From positions 585 to 64,584 of the forward strand of contig JANYBW010000045.1 of NCBI GenBank assembly GCA_025360585.1: a stretch of DNA of 64,000 bases, read 5' to 3'. Shown piece by piece: positions 9,168 through 17,734 of this stretch. Made by a program: the position numbers and the translations under genes. The stretch is from Actinomycetes bacterium. GTDB lineage: Bacteria; Actinomycetota; Acidimicrobiia; IMCC26256; PALSA-610. The notes below the pieces were generated by a model. That model did not search any database and had not been told where the DNA came from. It worked only from the letters and a program-made list of their open reading frames with translations. The number at the start of each line of letters is the position of its first letter. The first letter of the stretch is position 1.

Positions 9168-9854
9168 CTACTGGCCGGACCGATGAATTGGGTTCTCATC
9201 AAGGTCGGTACCGCTTCCGCGTAGGTCGCGGGCTGCGCCGACCACGGCAAGGGTCGCGGCCGCGATGCCGAGGTATAGGCCAAAGCTGGCGCCAAGCTCC
9301 AAGCTGAGGCCGTCGGAGAAACCCGCCGCCGCGCTGAATGCCGCCCAGAACCACAGGGCAAAGCCGAGCGCCGACGCTGCCATGATCGCGGATGCTTTGC
9401 GTAGTGGAGCTGATCCACCGTGCAAGAGTTGCCAACTCGCCAGCGCCGCGACGGCGAGGCACAACGCAAATACGCAGAGGCCGCGCCAATCGCTGAATGC
9501 ATTGCCGTCGCCGGTGGCGGAGTAATTCACGATCCCGTGGACGCGTGCGAATCCCGACCACCACTCAAAAAAGCTAGAGATGAGACCCGTTACGGAACCG
9601 GCGAGTGTGTATTGAAGATTGCGGGGCGCGGCTTTGAGCGTCTGCGGATTGATGGGGAGATCATTGACGATCTGTGTGATGCGCTCGATGCTGAGTTTGG
9701 TTCGTTGCCGCTGATCCACGGTGACGTCTGCGTCTTGGTCGAAGATCTGGTCTCGATTCGAAACGGACTCCAAGTGGATTCCGCGCCCGAGGCTTTGCGC
9801 GTCGGAGCCGGGTTGGGTTGCGTTGGCTTCGGCGGGATTCGGGCTACTCATCAT
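9168..9854 (-). CDS. 4-TM membrane protein (paralog B)
   Basis: It shares FFEWWS, NAFSDW and GASFGLY with 8528-9055. I chose the start at the MM codons (9854). The longest ORF would reach 9965 and abut the tRNA. Confidence 0.55.
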   Translation of the reverse strand: MMSSPNPAEANATQPGSDAQSLGRGIHLESVSNRDQIFDQDADVTVDQRQRTKLSIERITQIVNDLPINPQTLKAAPRNLQYTLAGSVTGLISSFFEWWSGFARVHGIVNYSATGDGNAFSDWRGLCVFALCLAVAALASWQLLHGGSAPLRKASAIMAASALGFALWFWAAFSAAAGFSDGLSLELGASFGLYLGIAAATLAVVGAARDLRGSGTDLDENPIHRSGQ

Positions 9855-9965
9855 GGGGACCGGCTCGGGTGCGACACAAGAACTGCAGGTAGAGCTCTTG
9901 TCTTGTATCGACCGACTTCGTGCGAACCTGATCACCGCCTTGGTGCTAGATTTCGGTCCCCGCAA

Positions 9966-10040
9966 GGGCCGTTAGCTCAGGGGGAGAGCACTTCCCTGAC
10001 ACGGAAGGGGTCGACAGTTCAAATCTGTCACGGCCCACCA
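9966..10040 (+). tRNA. tRNA-Val (anticodon GAC), CCA encoded
   Basis: Manual cloverleaf: acceptor GGGCCGT/ACGGCCC, D-arm GCTC/GAGC, anticodon stem CTTCC/GGAAG with loop CTGACAC, T-arm GACAG-TTCAAAT-CTGTC, discriminator A, then CCA. Confidence 0.93.
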
Positions 10041-10076
10041 CGGAAATGCCAGCAGCATTGCTGGGACGAACGAGAT

Positions 10077-10100
10077 CGGGGCGGCCAACTGGCCGCCCCG
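10077..10100. terminator. GC-rich hairpin between tRNA-Val (+) and the beta-helix gene (-); probable bidirectional terminator
   Basis: There is a perfect 10-bp stem (CGGGGCGGCC / GGCCGCCCCG) with loop AACT. There is no clear U-tract on either strand. Confidence 0.45.
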
Positions 10101-10150
10101 AAACTTGTTGCGACGGCGATGCCGTCAAATCTGGCACGACGGCGATGAAC

Positions 10151-11950
10151 TTAAGCGATCGGGGCTCGTACGGCGCCGATGGTGCCGGGGTTCGTGGAGA
10201 TGCCCATGGCGCTGGCGACGTTCGTGGGCAATGCTGCGGGTGCCGGTTTTGGCGCGGAATTGGCAAGTACGACGCTGCCCGATCCGAGGTTGGCGAAGAT
10301 CGCCCCGAAGCTAAATCCGTCGACGGACGTACTGTGAGTATCACGGTGGAGTCCGGACTGCATCGAAGCGAGATCGGTGTACCAGCCGCGAGACACGAGG
10401 GTGGCCTGTACGTAGCCCAGATACTTCAATCCCAAGGAGGTGCGGCCCCACATGTTGTTGTCCTGGGCGACGACCATGGTTTGTGTTGTCGCGTGGGTGG
10501 GTGAGGTGAGGTCGAAACTGTTGAGCACCGGGCGTTGTGAATATGGTCCGGAGACAATGACGTTGTTCATGATGTGAACATTCGCGGTGTCCCAGGTGAT
10601 ACCTAACGCGGCTATCGCTGCGGGCGGTTTCGTCCGTGGATCTTCATATACGCCGAGCTGCGCCCAACCGTTTGCAAGGATGGTGTTGTTCCACGCTTCT
10701 ACGTTGTTGGAGCCACTGATCTTCAAACCGTCGCGCAGGTTCAAAAGGATTGAATTTCCCGCCGCGATCGTATTGGACGACAATTCAATGTCGAGGCCGT
10801 GACCGTAGTTGCGAGTAAAGGTGCTGTTCACGACGGTGTTGTTCGACGAACTGACATCGAACCAGAGTCCGTTGGCGTAGTTGTCTTCAAAGAGGTTGTT
10901 GTCGTAGAGGCCATAGGAAGCCATGGTCATTTTTGCGGCGCCAACGGATCCGGTAGATGATGGCAGAATCGAGAAGCGTTCGAAGTTCGAATAGGCCAAA
11001 CGATTGTGGCGAAACACGAGGTGACTCGACTGGTACGAGTGCACACCATTCATGCCGTTGTCGATAAACAAGCTGTTCGTGATCGTGGGGTAGGCGCTGT
11101 AGAAGCTCAAGCCGCGGCTCGCGCTCCAGGCAAACGTGGTGTTGTCGATGAGCATGTTCGGTGCGGAAACGACGACCATCGCAGGAACATCTGAGTTGTA
11201 GTGCGCTGCGTAGTGCGCGATGCCGATTCCCTTGAGTGCTGATCCGCCAGCGCTGCTGTTGAACTGCATTGCTTTGTCTTGGGTCGTGACCTCGACGGTG
11301 TGACCATTGGGGTTGCTCCCCAACACGAGTTGATGGGCGCCACGATCCATATAGAAACTATTGAGCCCAACCGCGTTGCGGTTGGACACCTCGGCGAGGG
11401 GAGCGCCGTCGATGAAGACCTGATCGCCCATCCCCGCGTTGGGGTACAAAGGATCGAGAACACCACTCGGGTAGCAGTTGTTGCACGTGGTTGTCGTCCA
11501 GGGTTTGGTCCAGGTTGGTCCTGCAGTCGCGAATCCGGTGGCGACCAAGCTGCCTTTGATCCAAGGCTGTTCGTGGGGGAATGCCTGAAACGTTATGGAT
11601 TTCGAGATTGATCCGAGGGCTTCGCGATACGTCCCACCGCGCAATACGACCGTTGCTCCCACTCCGGCAGTTTTGATTGCTTTGGCGATGGTTGCCAACG
11701 GTGCGCCTTGGGAGCCGGCGTTGTTGTCGTTGCCGTTCGGCGCGACGAATATCGCGGCGTTTGGAATTGCATAATTCGTGTCCGTGATCGTCGGGACTTC
11801 CCAATTCGAGGTGATCGCCGCGGTCGCGCCTCGAGCGTTACTCGCCGCGAGTGTCAACGCGCCTGCGCTGGCGAGGGCGACCGCTACCGCGATATTGGCG
11901 TTGCGTCGCATTTGTTTTCGGGCATAACGGTTTGCTGCTACTCCTGCCAT
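10151..11950 (-). CDS. secreted right-handed parallel beta-helix (PbH1/pectate-lyase-fold) protein
   Basis: The signal-like N-terminus is ...MRRNANIAVAVALASAGALTLAASNARG. There are repeated NNT[VI].N / GxxI segments (NNTVVNSTFTRNYGHGLDIELSSNTIAAGNSILLN...). The start is uncertain (11950 or 11911). Confidence 0.7.
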   Translation of the reverse strand: MAGVAANRYARKQMRRNANIAVAVALASAGALTLAASNARGATAAITSNWEVPTITDTNYAIPNAAIFVAPNGNDNNAGSQGAPLATIAKAIKTAGVGATVVLRGGTYREALGSISKSITFQAFPHEQPWIKGSLVATGFATAGPTWTKPWTTTTCNNCYPSGVLDPLYPNAGMGDQVFIDGAPLAEVSNRNAVGLNSFYMDRGAHQLVLGSNPNGHTVEVTTQDKAMQFNSSAGGSALKGIGIAHYAAHYNSDVPAMVVVSAPNMLIDNTTFAWSASRGLSFYSAYPTITNSLFIDNGMNGVHSYQSSHLVFRHNRLAYSNFERFSILPSSTGSVGAAKMTMASYGLYDNNLFEDNYANGLWFDVSSSNNTVVNSTFTRNYGHGLDIELSSNTIAAGNSILLNLRDGLKISGSNNVEAWNNTILANGWAQLGVYEDPRTKPPAAIAALGITWDTANVHIMNNVIVSGPYSQRPVLNSFDLTSPTHATTQTMVVAQDNNMWGRTSLGLKYLGYVQATLVSRGWYTDLASMQSGLHRDTHSTSVDGFSFGAIFANLGSGSVVLANSAPKPAPAALPTNVASAMGISTNPGTIGAVRAPIA

Positions 11951-12045
11951 GGCTCGATCATCGGTGGTCGCGCGCTCAAACCGTTGCTCGTTAACCCTTT
12001 CTTTGCAAAAGTGGCCCAAACCTCGAACTCTTTGAGGTCGGTTCC

Positions 12046-13680
12046 TCACGCAGAGTGAGTAGTTTCAGTGGTCGCGAAGTATTCACGAACGCGCGGCTTT
12101 TCGATCTTTCCGGTTGTGTTCTTTGGGAGTTCGGCAACAAACGCCATGCGCCGCGGGATTTTGAAGCCCGCCAGCGATTGACGACAGTGCGTGGTCAGGG
12201 CTTCCTCCGACACGGCTAGGCCCGGACGTAGCACGATTGCCGCAGCGACTATCTCGCCCCATCGCTCGTCGCTGAGACCAACGACGGCGACTTCGGCGAC
12301 CGACGGATGTTGATAGAGCACCGCTTCAACTTCCCTCGAAGCAACATTTTCGCCGCCGGTAATGATGACGTCCTTTTTTCGATCCACGACCCGGAGGTAC
12401 CCGTCTGTAAGCACTCCGAGGTCTCCGGTGAAGAGCCAATTGTTGCGAAGCGCTTCGCTTGTGGCTGTTGGATCGTTGAAATATCCGATCATGATTTGTG
12501 CTCCGCGAACGGTGATCTCGCCGACGACACCATCGCTCACTGGTTGCCCGTCGTCGTCGACGATCCGAAGTTCGACGAGCGGAGTCGCCCGCCCGGCTTT
12601 CGTGAGCAGCTCGGGGTTATGGTCGACGCCGCTGCTGTGGTCGGTTGCGTCGAGAAATACTGCGTTGCCGGAGAGTTCCGTCATGCCGTAACCCTGTGAA
12701 AAGTCGCAGCCCAGATCGCCAATCGCTCGACGCAAGAGTGGCGCGGGTATCGCAGAGGACCCGTATCCAATTGAGCGCAATGAGCTGAGGTTCTCGCCCT
12801 GTTCAAACGCGTGAGCATCGAGCAGCAACGACAACATCGTCGGCGCTAACGATGTTGCCGTGCACTGGTGTTTGGCGATTAACGCAATGATCGCCGGCGC
12901 GTCGAAGCGTCGCATGACGACGATCGGACGCGCGTGCTGGTGATACACCAAAACGTTGTAGGCGGCGACGTGACACAGCGGAAACGGATAGAGGTACACA
13001 TCATCGGCGGCCACTGGACGCGCAAGATGGCATCCCCATGCCGCGGTCAACAACGAGTTGTGCGACAGCATCGCGAGTTTCGGAGTTCCTGTGGTGCCGC
13101 TCGTAGGAACGAGCCACGCACACGCATCAGGGTCACTCGCGAGGGTTCGGCCGGGTTGTGACGACGATGTTGCGATCTGTTCGTACGACGCATAGGCGCA
13201 GTCGGGTGCCGCGGCATCGCTGGGGGTTGCTTCGTTCGGTCGACCGGGGTCGAATGCGATGAGCTGAACTGTGAGCCGGGCGGCTGCCAAAAACGGCGCG
13301 AGCTGTTCGAGGAGCTCCAGATCACCAACGACCGCCACGGCCTGCGTGCGTTGCAGCATCGCCACCCACTCGCGGGGGTGATGCCGATAATTCAACAGGA
13401 GCGCGCGGCATTGTGCGTCTGGGATCGCGTAGAGACACTCGATGTACGTTCCTGAATTTTCACCGAGAATGGCGATGACACCATCGACTGGCGCCCAAGC
13501 TCCAAGCCAGTTCGCGACGTTCGCGCATCGTTCGGATGCTTCTGCAAACGTTCGGGTTTCCTCGTTTGCTATCCAGGCGACTGTCGCCTTCGGAGCCACG
13601 CGCAAAAGGTCACTGAGAATACTCGCAGGCGGACGGGTTTCGAATTCCGGCATTGCCGCGCGTATCGGAGAGTTGCTCAT
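12046..13680 (-). CDS. AMP-dependent acyl-CoA synthetase/ligase
   Basis: The AMP-binding motif is PTSGTTGTPK, followed by GYGMTE and a later GDLG...DRKKD and ITGGENV. Length is 544 aa. Confidence 0.85.
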   Translation of the reverse strand: MSNSPIRAAMPEFETRPPASILSDLLRVAPKATVAWIANEETRTFAEASERCANVANWLGAWAPVDGVIAILGENSGTYIECLYAIPDAQCRALLLNYRHHPREWVAMLQRTQAVAVVGDLELLEQLAPFLAAARLTVQLIAFDPGRPNEATPSDAAAPDCAYASYEQIATSSSQPGRTLASDPDACAWLVPTSGTTGTPKLAMLSHNSLLTAAWGCHLARPVAADDVYLYPFPLCHVAAYNVLVYHQHARPIVVMRRFDAPAIIALIAKHQCTATSLAPTMLSLLLDAHAFEQGENLSSLRSIGYGSSAIPAPLLRRAIGDLGCDFSQGYGMTELSGNAVFLDATDHSSGVDHNPELLTKAGRATPLVELRIVDDDGQPVSDGVVGEITVRGAQIMIGYFNDPTATSEALRNNWLFTGDLGVLTDGYLRVVDRKKDVIITGGENVASREVEAVLYQHPSVAEVAVVGLSDERWGEIVAAAIVLRPGLAVSEEALTTHCRQSLAGFKIPRRMAFVAELPKNTTGKIEKPRVREYFATTETTHSA

Positions 13681-13810
13681 AGGGTGCGTCTAGCAAAGTT
13701 GTCCGTTGAAATACGGTGCGCAGCCTCACTACGGCCCAGTTAAGGGGGGTAGTTCCCGCGGGTCGTTGGGTTTGGGTGGCCTTTTTGGCCCGATTCCGGT
13801 ACGGTAGAGC

Positions 13811-15505
13811 ATGATGTCGGGCCACCTGCCAATCCGTTACCGTTTAGCGCTGCTGCCTCTGGTACCTGCGGCCGCGCTTTGGGTCATCGTGGGCTTTGAT
13901 CTCCATCGCAGCCCAGTCACCATTGGCGTGGCCGCTGGAGTCACTGTGGTCGGGCTGCTGCTCGCTTCGCTCGTGACCGTCGGTATCACGCGCCCGCTCA
14001 AAGACATCGCAATGATCGTGCTGGATCTCAATGAGCTGCGCGCCATCGACGCATCGGGGCAACCTAACGATGACGTTTTACCGCCGCACAAACTTCCCGT
14101 TGGTGGCGAGCTTGCAGACTTAGCGGTGGCTGTAGCCGATGGCCGACGACGAGCGTATGAGTTTGTGACCGAACAAGCCCAGGCGCGCCGTTCGGTCACA
14201 GATCTCGTTGCGCATATCTCGTTGCGTAACGAACGGTTGCTCGGAGCGGCACTCGATGCGCTGGGCGACATAGGACGTCGCGACCACGAGCCGAGCACCG
14301 CCGCAGCAATCGCCCGGGTGCATCGCATCGTCGCGCGAGTTGATCGCACGACGGCGAGCGCATTGGTCCTCATTGGTGAAGGTGGCCGTGTCGCGAGTGC
14401 ACCGTGTTCCATCACCGACGTTGTTTGGGCCGCAGCACTTGCGGTTGACTCATCGGATCGCATCGACGCGTACGCGTTGTCGGAGATCACGATTCACGCA
14501 GATGCAGTCACCGATATTGCGCACCTTCTCGCGGAACTCTTGGAAAACGCGTTGCAAGCTTCCCCGGCCCCGGCTCGGGTTACGGTTATGGGCGCAGGAA
14601 ATGCGTTTGGGTCCTACGAGCTGACGATTGTGGACCACGGCAGCGGATTGGCTGCATCGGAGCTCGACACCGCGAACCGGCGAGTGCGCCGGCTTGAATC
14701 GCTCCATCGAGTGCCGGTACGAAACATTGGCCTCGATGTCGTGGGGCGGCTGGCCCGTCGTCACGGGGTAGAAGCCCAACTGGGCGAAGTGAGCGAAGGC
14801 GGGGTCGTCGTGCGCGTGCAACTTCCCGCATCAATTTTGATGACCCCGGCTACAAACGATTTGTTGCCGCTGCATAGTGATGCAAACGCGGAAACGCACT
14901 CGCGCGAGGCGGGCGCAACAATTGATCTGACAAAGGTTGGACCCGAACTCGGACTCGAACGCCAACCCGAGCTGGGGCCCGAACGCCAACCCGAGCTGGG
15001 GCCCGAACTCGAGTTGAACAATTTGTTGGCTCTCGTGCGCTCGGCGGCAACTGGAGCCGGTGGCGGCGATTCGCAGGAACGCTCGGACCCAATGCCGCTC
15101 GATCCCACGATTGGCTCCGGAGTCGACGACGAGACGCCGCGTACACCTTCGCTGCGTTTTGACGAAGAGAGCCGCGGACGCGACACGCCCAAGTTCGGCG
15201 GCGCTGCGATAACCAGCCTCGATCGGCTGCTCACGGAACATAGTCCGAGGGGCGACACGTTGGAACCGAACCGGCTTGCAAGATCTGAACCTCCGGCACC
15301 AGAAGTTCCGGGACCTGAAGTGCTGGCACCAGACGTTCCGGCACCAGAACCGTTTACGGCGCGTGAAGATACCGACGACGGCGCAACCCATCCGGAACCG
15401 CCGGCTCGCGTCGGGCGGCATTCGAATGGTTTCGGTGCCGCGGATGAATTTCTGCCCAAACGCGATCGCAAATGGGCGGCCGCAATCGCGCGCGCCAGGG
15501 TCTAA
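13811..15505 (+). CDS. membrane sensor histidine-kinase-like protein, CvnA (conservon) type, with long disordered repeat-rich tail
   Basis: There are two N-terminal TM segments and a HAMP-like ITRPLKDIAMIV. A CvnA-like helical block follows (LVAHISLRNERLLGAALDALGDIGRRDHEP...RVHRIVARVDRTTASALVLIG). The HATPase motifs are ELLENALQAS, IVDHGSGL and GLDVVGRLARRHG. The last ~220 aa are low complexity and include a 24-nt x2 repeat. Confidence 0.7.
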   Translation: MMSGHLPIRYRLALLPLVPAAALWVIVGFDLHRSPVTIGVAAGVTVVGLLLASLVTVGITRPLKDIAMIVLDLNELRAIDASGQPNDDVLPPHKLPVGGELADLAVAVADGRRRAYEFVTEQAQARRSVTDLVAHISLRNERLLGAALDALGDIGRRDHEPSTAAAIARVHRIVARVDRTTASALVLIGEGGRVASAPCSITDVVWAAALAVDSSDRIDAYALSEITIHADAVTDIAHLLAELLENALQASPAPARVTVMGAGNAFGSYELTIVDHGSGLAASELDTANRRVRRLESLHRVPVRNIGLDVVGRLARRHGVEAQLGEVSEGGVVVRVQLPASILMTPATNDLLPLHSDANAETHSREAGATIDLTKVGPELGLERQPELGPERQPELGPELELNNLLALVRSAATGAGGGDSQERSDPMPLDPTIGSGVDDETPRTPSLRFDEESRGRDTPKFGGAAITSLDRLLTEHSPRGDTLEPNRLARSEPPAPEVPGPEVLAPDVPAPEPFTAREDTDDGATHPEPPARVGRHSNGFGAADEFLPKRDRKWAAAIARARV

Positions 15506-15740
15506 CTACCCCCGGCGCCGGAGGGAGCGTCCCGTCAGGGCGGCGCCGCGGAGCAAGCCGACCCGACCAACGCTGCTCTTTGGACGTTGCTGTTGTGCAT
15601 ACGGTGCTGAAGCCAGCGTAGGAGTGACGAACGAACGATATGGGTGGCGAGACACTCGCCGCCGGAGCGTAGGCAATTGAACCGGATTGGGTCCGTTCGG
15701 CCTATCGACGCTTTGTTGGCGCGCGACGACAATCGCTGCT

Positions 15741-16292
15741 ATGACAAACGTTGCCTGGAATCCGCCCGAAGATCCGCAACTGCGATTGGTTGCTGCTGCG
15801 GCGCGAGCTGAGTGGCGCGAGGAGAATGAAGTTGTGATTGAAGATAACGCGATCGCGTACCGGCAATCGTTGGGGATTCTCGATGGCTTTCGGGAATCGA
15901 TGGCGCGTGGCGATCGGCTTACCGTTCGGTGTTTTCAGGTGCGAGCCGCGGGGACCGTTTGTGAGGTGGACGGCGATCTTGTGTCGCTGCGAAATATCGG
16001 CGCTGGTCGGGTGGACCTGCATTTGCGAGAAGGTCTTCCGTACATCGTGCAGGTTTCGGAAGCGGCCGTTGTGCCGGGTGCGACGGCGCCGATACCGAGC
16101 GGAGGGTTTCGTGGTCGCCTACTCGCGCTCGATGCCTCCGGCGATGAATTCTCAACGTGGGTACTTGGAGAACACGAATCGCTTGAAGGTCGTATCGAAG
16201 TCGGTACAGACTGCATCTGGATCAACAGTCGCCTCGGCGCTCGGATGATGGTGCCGTTGAGTGCGGTGATTGCGGTGACTCCGAGGGTCTAG
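15741..16292 (+). CDS. hypothetical protein with two tandem ~50-aa beta-rich repeats
   Basis: I chose the start at ATG 15741 (MTNVAWNPPE). There is an internal duplication: G.V.EVDGDLVSLRNIGAGRVDLHL...IVQV versus G.IEVGTDCIWINSRLGARMMVPL..VIAV. The family was not recognised. Confidence 0.5.
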   Translation: MTNVAWNPPEDPQLRLVAAAARAEWREENEVVIEDNAIAYRQSLGILDGFRESMARGDRLTVRCFQVRAAGTVCEVDGDLVSLRNIGAGRVDLHLREGLPYIVQVSEAAVVPGATAPIPSGGFRGRLLALDASGDEFSTWVLGEHESLEGRIEVGTDCIWINSRLGARMMVPLSAVIAVTPRV

Positions 16293-16317
16293 GCCTTGTC
16301 CCGAGGATTCAACTGGG

Positions 16318-16341
16318 CTATCTGCCGGTCTATCTGCCGGG
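16318..16341. repeat. 12-nt tandem repeat x2 (CTATCTGCCGG[TG]), intergenic
   Basis: Read directly, between the convergent genes 15741-16292 (+) and the SDR (-). Confidence 0.85.
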
Positions 16342-16354
16342 CTCACTGAGGGGG

Positions 16355-17209
16355 CTAACTGGCTTTGGCGATGAGTTGCTCGCTGATCTCCCACAATCGT
16401 TTTGCCGCGGCATCATCAGTCGCGAAGCTTGTGGGCTCTTCGGGAGCGCATTTGTAGAAGTATTTTCCGCTCACGCCTTGCGCCGCGGGATCGCTACAGC
16501 AATAGATCGAGGTGAGCGCGCCGCGCTGGGGTGATAGGGCGAATGGTTTTGCGAGGATCATCGCGACGTTGCCTAAACGATCGTTGCGACCAAAGTTGCT
16601 CGCTACGAATCCGGGGTGTACGGAGTTCGCGGTTGTGGTTGTGTTTGCGATTCGGCGAGCGAGCTCATTGGTAAACATGATGTTTGCGAGCTTTGATTTT
16701 CCGTACACGTTCATAGCTTTATATCCGTGCACGGATTCGAGATCATCGAAATTGAGGCCGGTCTTGGCAAACTTGTGTGCGTGCGAAGCGACGGTCACGA
16801 TGCGAGCGTTCGGCGTTGTATTGATGCGCTCGAGCAGTAGCGAGGTCAGCAAGAAATGGCCGAGGTGGTTGACCCCAAAGGTCTGTTCGAACCCATCGAC
16901 GGTGCATGACCGAGTGCGCATGACTACTCCCGCGTTGTTCAGGAGCACATCGATGGCTGGGTATGCATCGAGAGCCGCTTTGGCGAAACCGCGAATTGAT
17001 GCGAATGATGCCAGATCCAAACTCATGAGCGTGGCGCTACCCCGACCCGCTCGGCTTATGATTTCAGCCTTTGCCGCTTCACCCTTTTGGGGGTTACGGC
17101 AGGCGATCACGACGTGTGCGTTTTGTTGGGCCAGTGCCACGGCGGCTTCGAGGCCGATCCCTGAGTTCGCGCCTGTGATGATGACGGTTTTGTTGGTGAG
17201 ATCGGCCAT
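16355..17209 (-). CDS. SDR-family oxidoreductase
   Basis: It has the TGANSGIG cofactor motif, NNAG and the catalytic YGKSK. Length is 284 aa. Confidence 0.85.
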   Translation of the reverse strand: MADLTNKTVIITGANSGIGLEAAVALAQQNAHVVIACRNPQKGEAAKAEIISRAGRGSATLMSLDLASFASIRGFAKAALDAYPAIDVLLNNAGVVMRTRSCTVDGFEQTFGVNHLGHFLLTSLLLERINTTPNARIVTVASHAHKFAKTGLNFDDLESVHGYKAMNVYGKSKLANIMFTNELARRIANTTTTANSVHPGFVASNFGRNDRLGNVAMILAKPFALSPQRGALTSIYCCSDPAAQGVSGKYFYKCAPEEPTSFATDDAAAKRLWEISEQLIAKAS

Positions 17210-17221
17210 TTGATACTCCAG

Positions 17222-17473
17222 TTACGGTGTTTGGTTTTGCTCTGAGCGATCGGCCGATGGCGAACGATCATGCCCTGGCTGTTGGGCAACCCAGTCCACG
17301 AGCTCATCGCGCAAGAATCGGATCTCGCGCCCTCCCGGAAATCGGTGGGCCGGAATCCGACCTTCTCGCACCATCTTGCGGAGGTACTCCACGTGCACCG
17401 AAAGTAATTCAGAGGCCTGCGCGGTGGTCAGGATAGGCGGGTATTGCTCCGCAGGGCTCGGACCGATCGACAT
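17222..17473 (-). CDS. helix-turn-helix DNA-binding protein, excisionase/MerR-like family
   Basis: The 83-aa ORF reads LTTAQASELLSVHVEYLRKMVREGRIPAHRFPGGREIRFLRDELVDWV, a typical excisionase-family HTH. It is divergent from the tad operon. Confidence 0.75.
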   Translation of the reverse strand: MSIGPSPAEQYPPILTTAQASELLSVHVEYLRKMVREGRIPAHRFPGGREIRFLRDELVDWVAQQPGHDRSPSADRSEQNQTP

Positions 17474-17582
17474 GGCGTCACAGTACCGCTCAGCTGCGAC
17501 ATCGACGCGTTTGGCTCATGGCTGCGTGATGGGTCACAAGGCGGGTTGTGGGCAATTGCGTTCGCGGCCGGTGTGTTGCACA

Positions 17583-17608
17583 TTGTCCGAAGTGCAATAT
17601 TCGGACAA
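17583..17608. promoter_or_regulatory. candidate operator: 9-bp perfect inverted repeat TTGTCCGAA-N8-TTCGGACAA
   Basis: Read directly from the sequence. It lies in the divergent region between the HTH gene (start 17473) and cpaB (ATG 17735; alternative ATG 17609 lies immediately after the repeat). Confidence 0.4.
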
Positions 17609-17734
17609 ATGCCACCTCGCAGTGTGCGGGGTGCGGGTAAGAAATGGGGAGTAGTGACGGCGATTTCGTTTGGGCGCGAGCGCGGCTCTGATGCGACCGG
17701 CAGTGGGCGCGTTACCTCGCGTCGTTTCGGCGGC

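Noticed and set aside
17222-17473. Excisionase-family HTH gene, considered as a marker of a prophage or integrative element.
   Set aside because: There are no integrase, phage or conjugation genes nearby. It sits between an SDR gene and the tad operon, so a local transcription-factor role is more likely.
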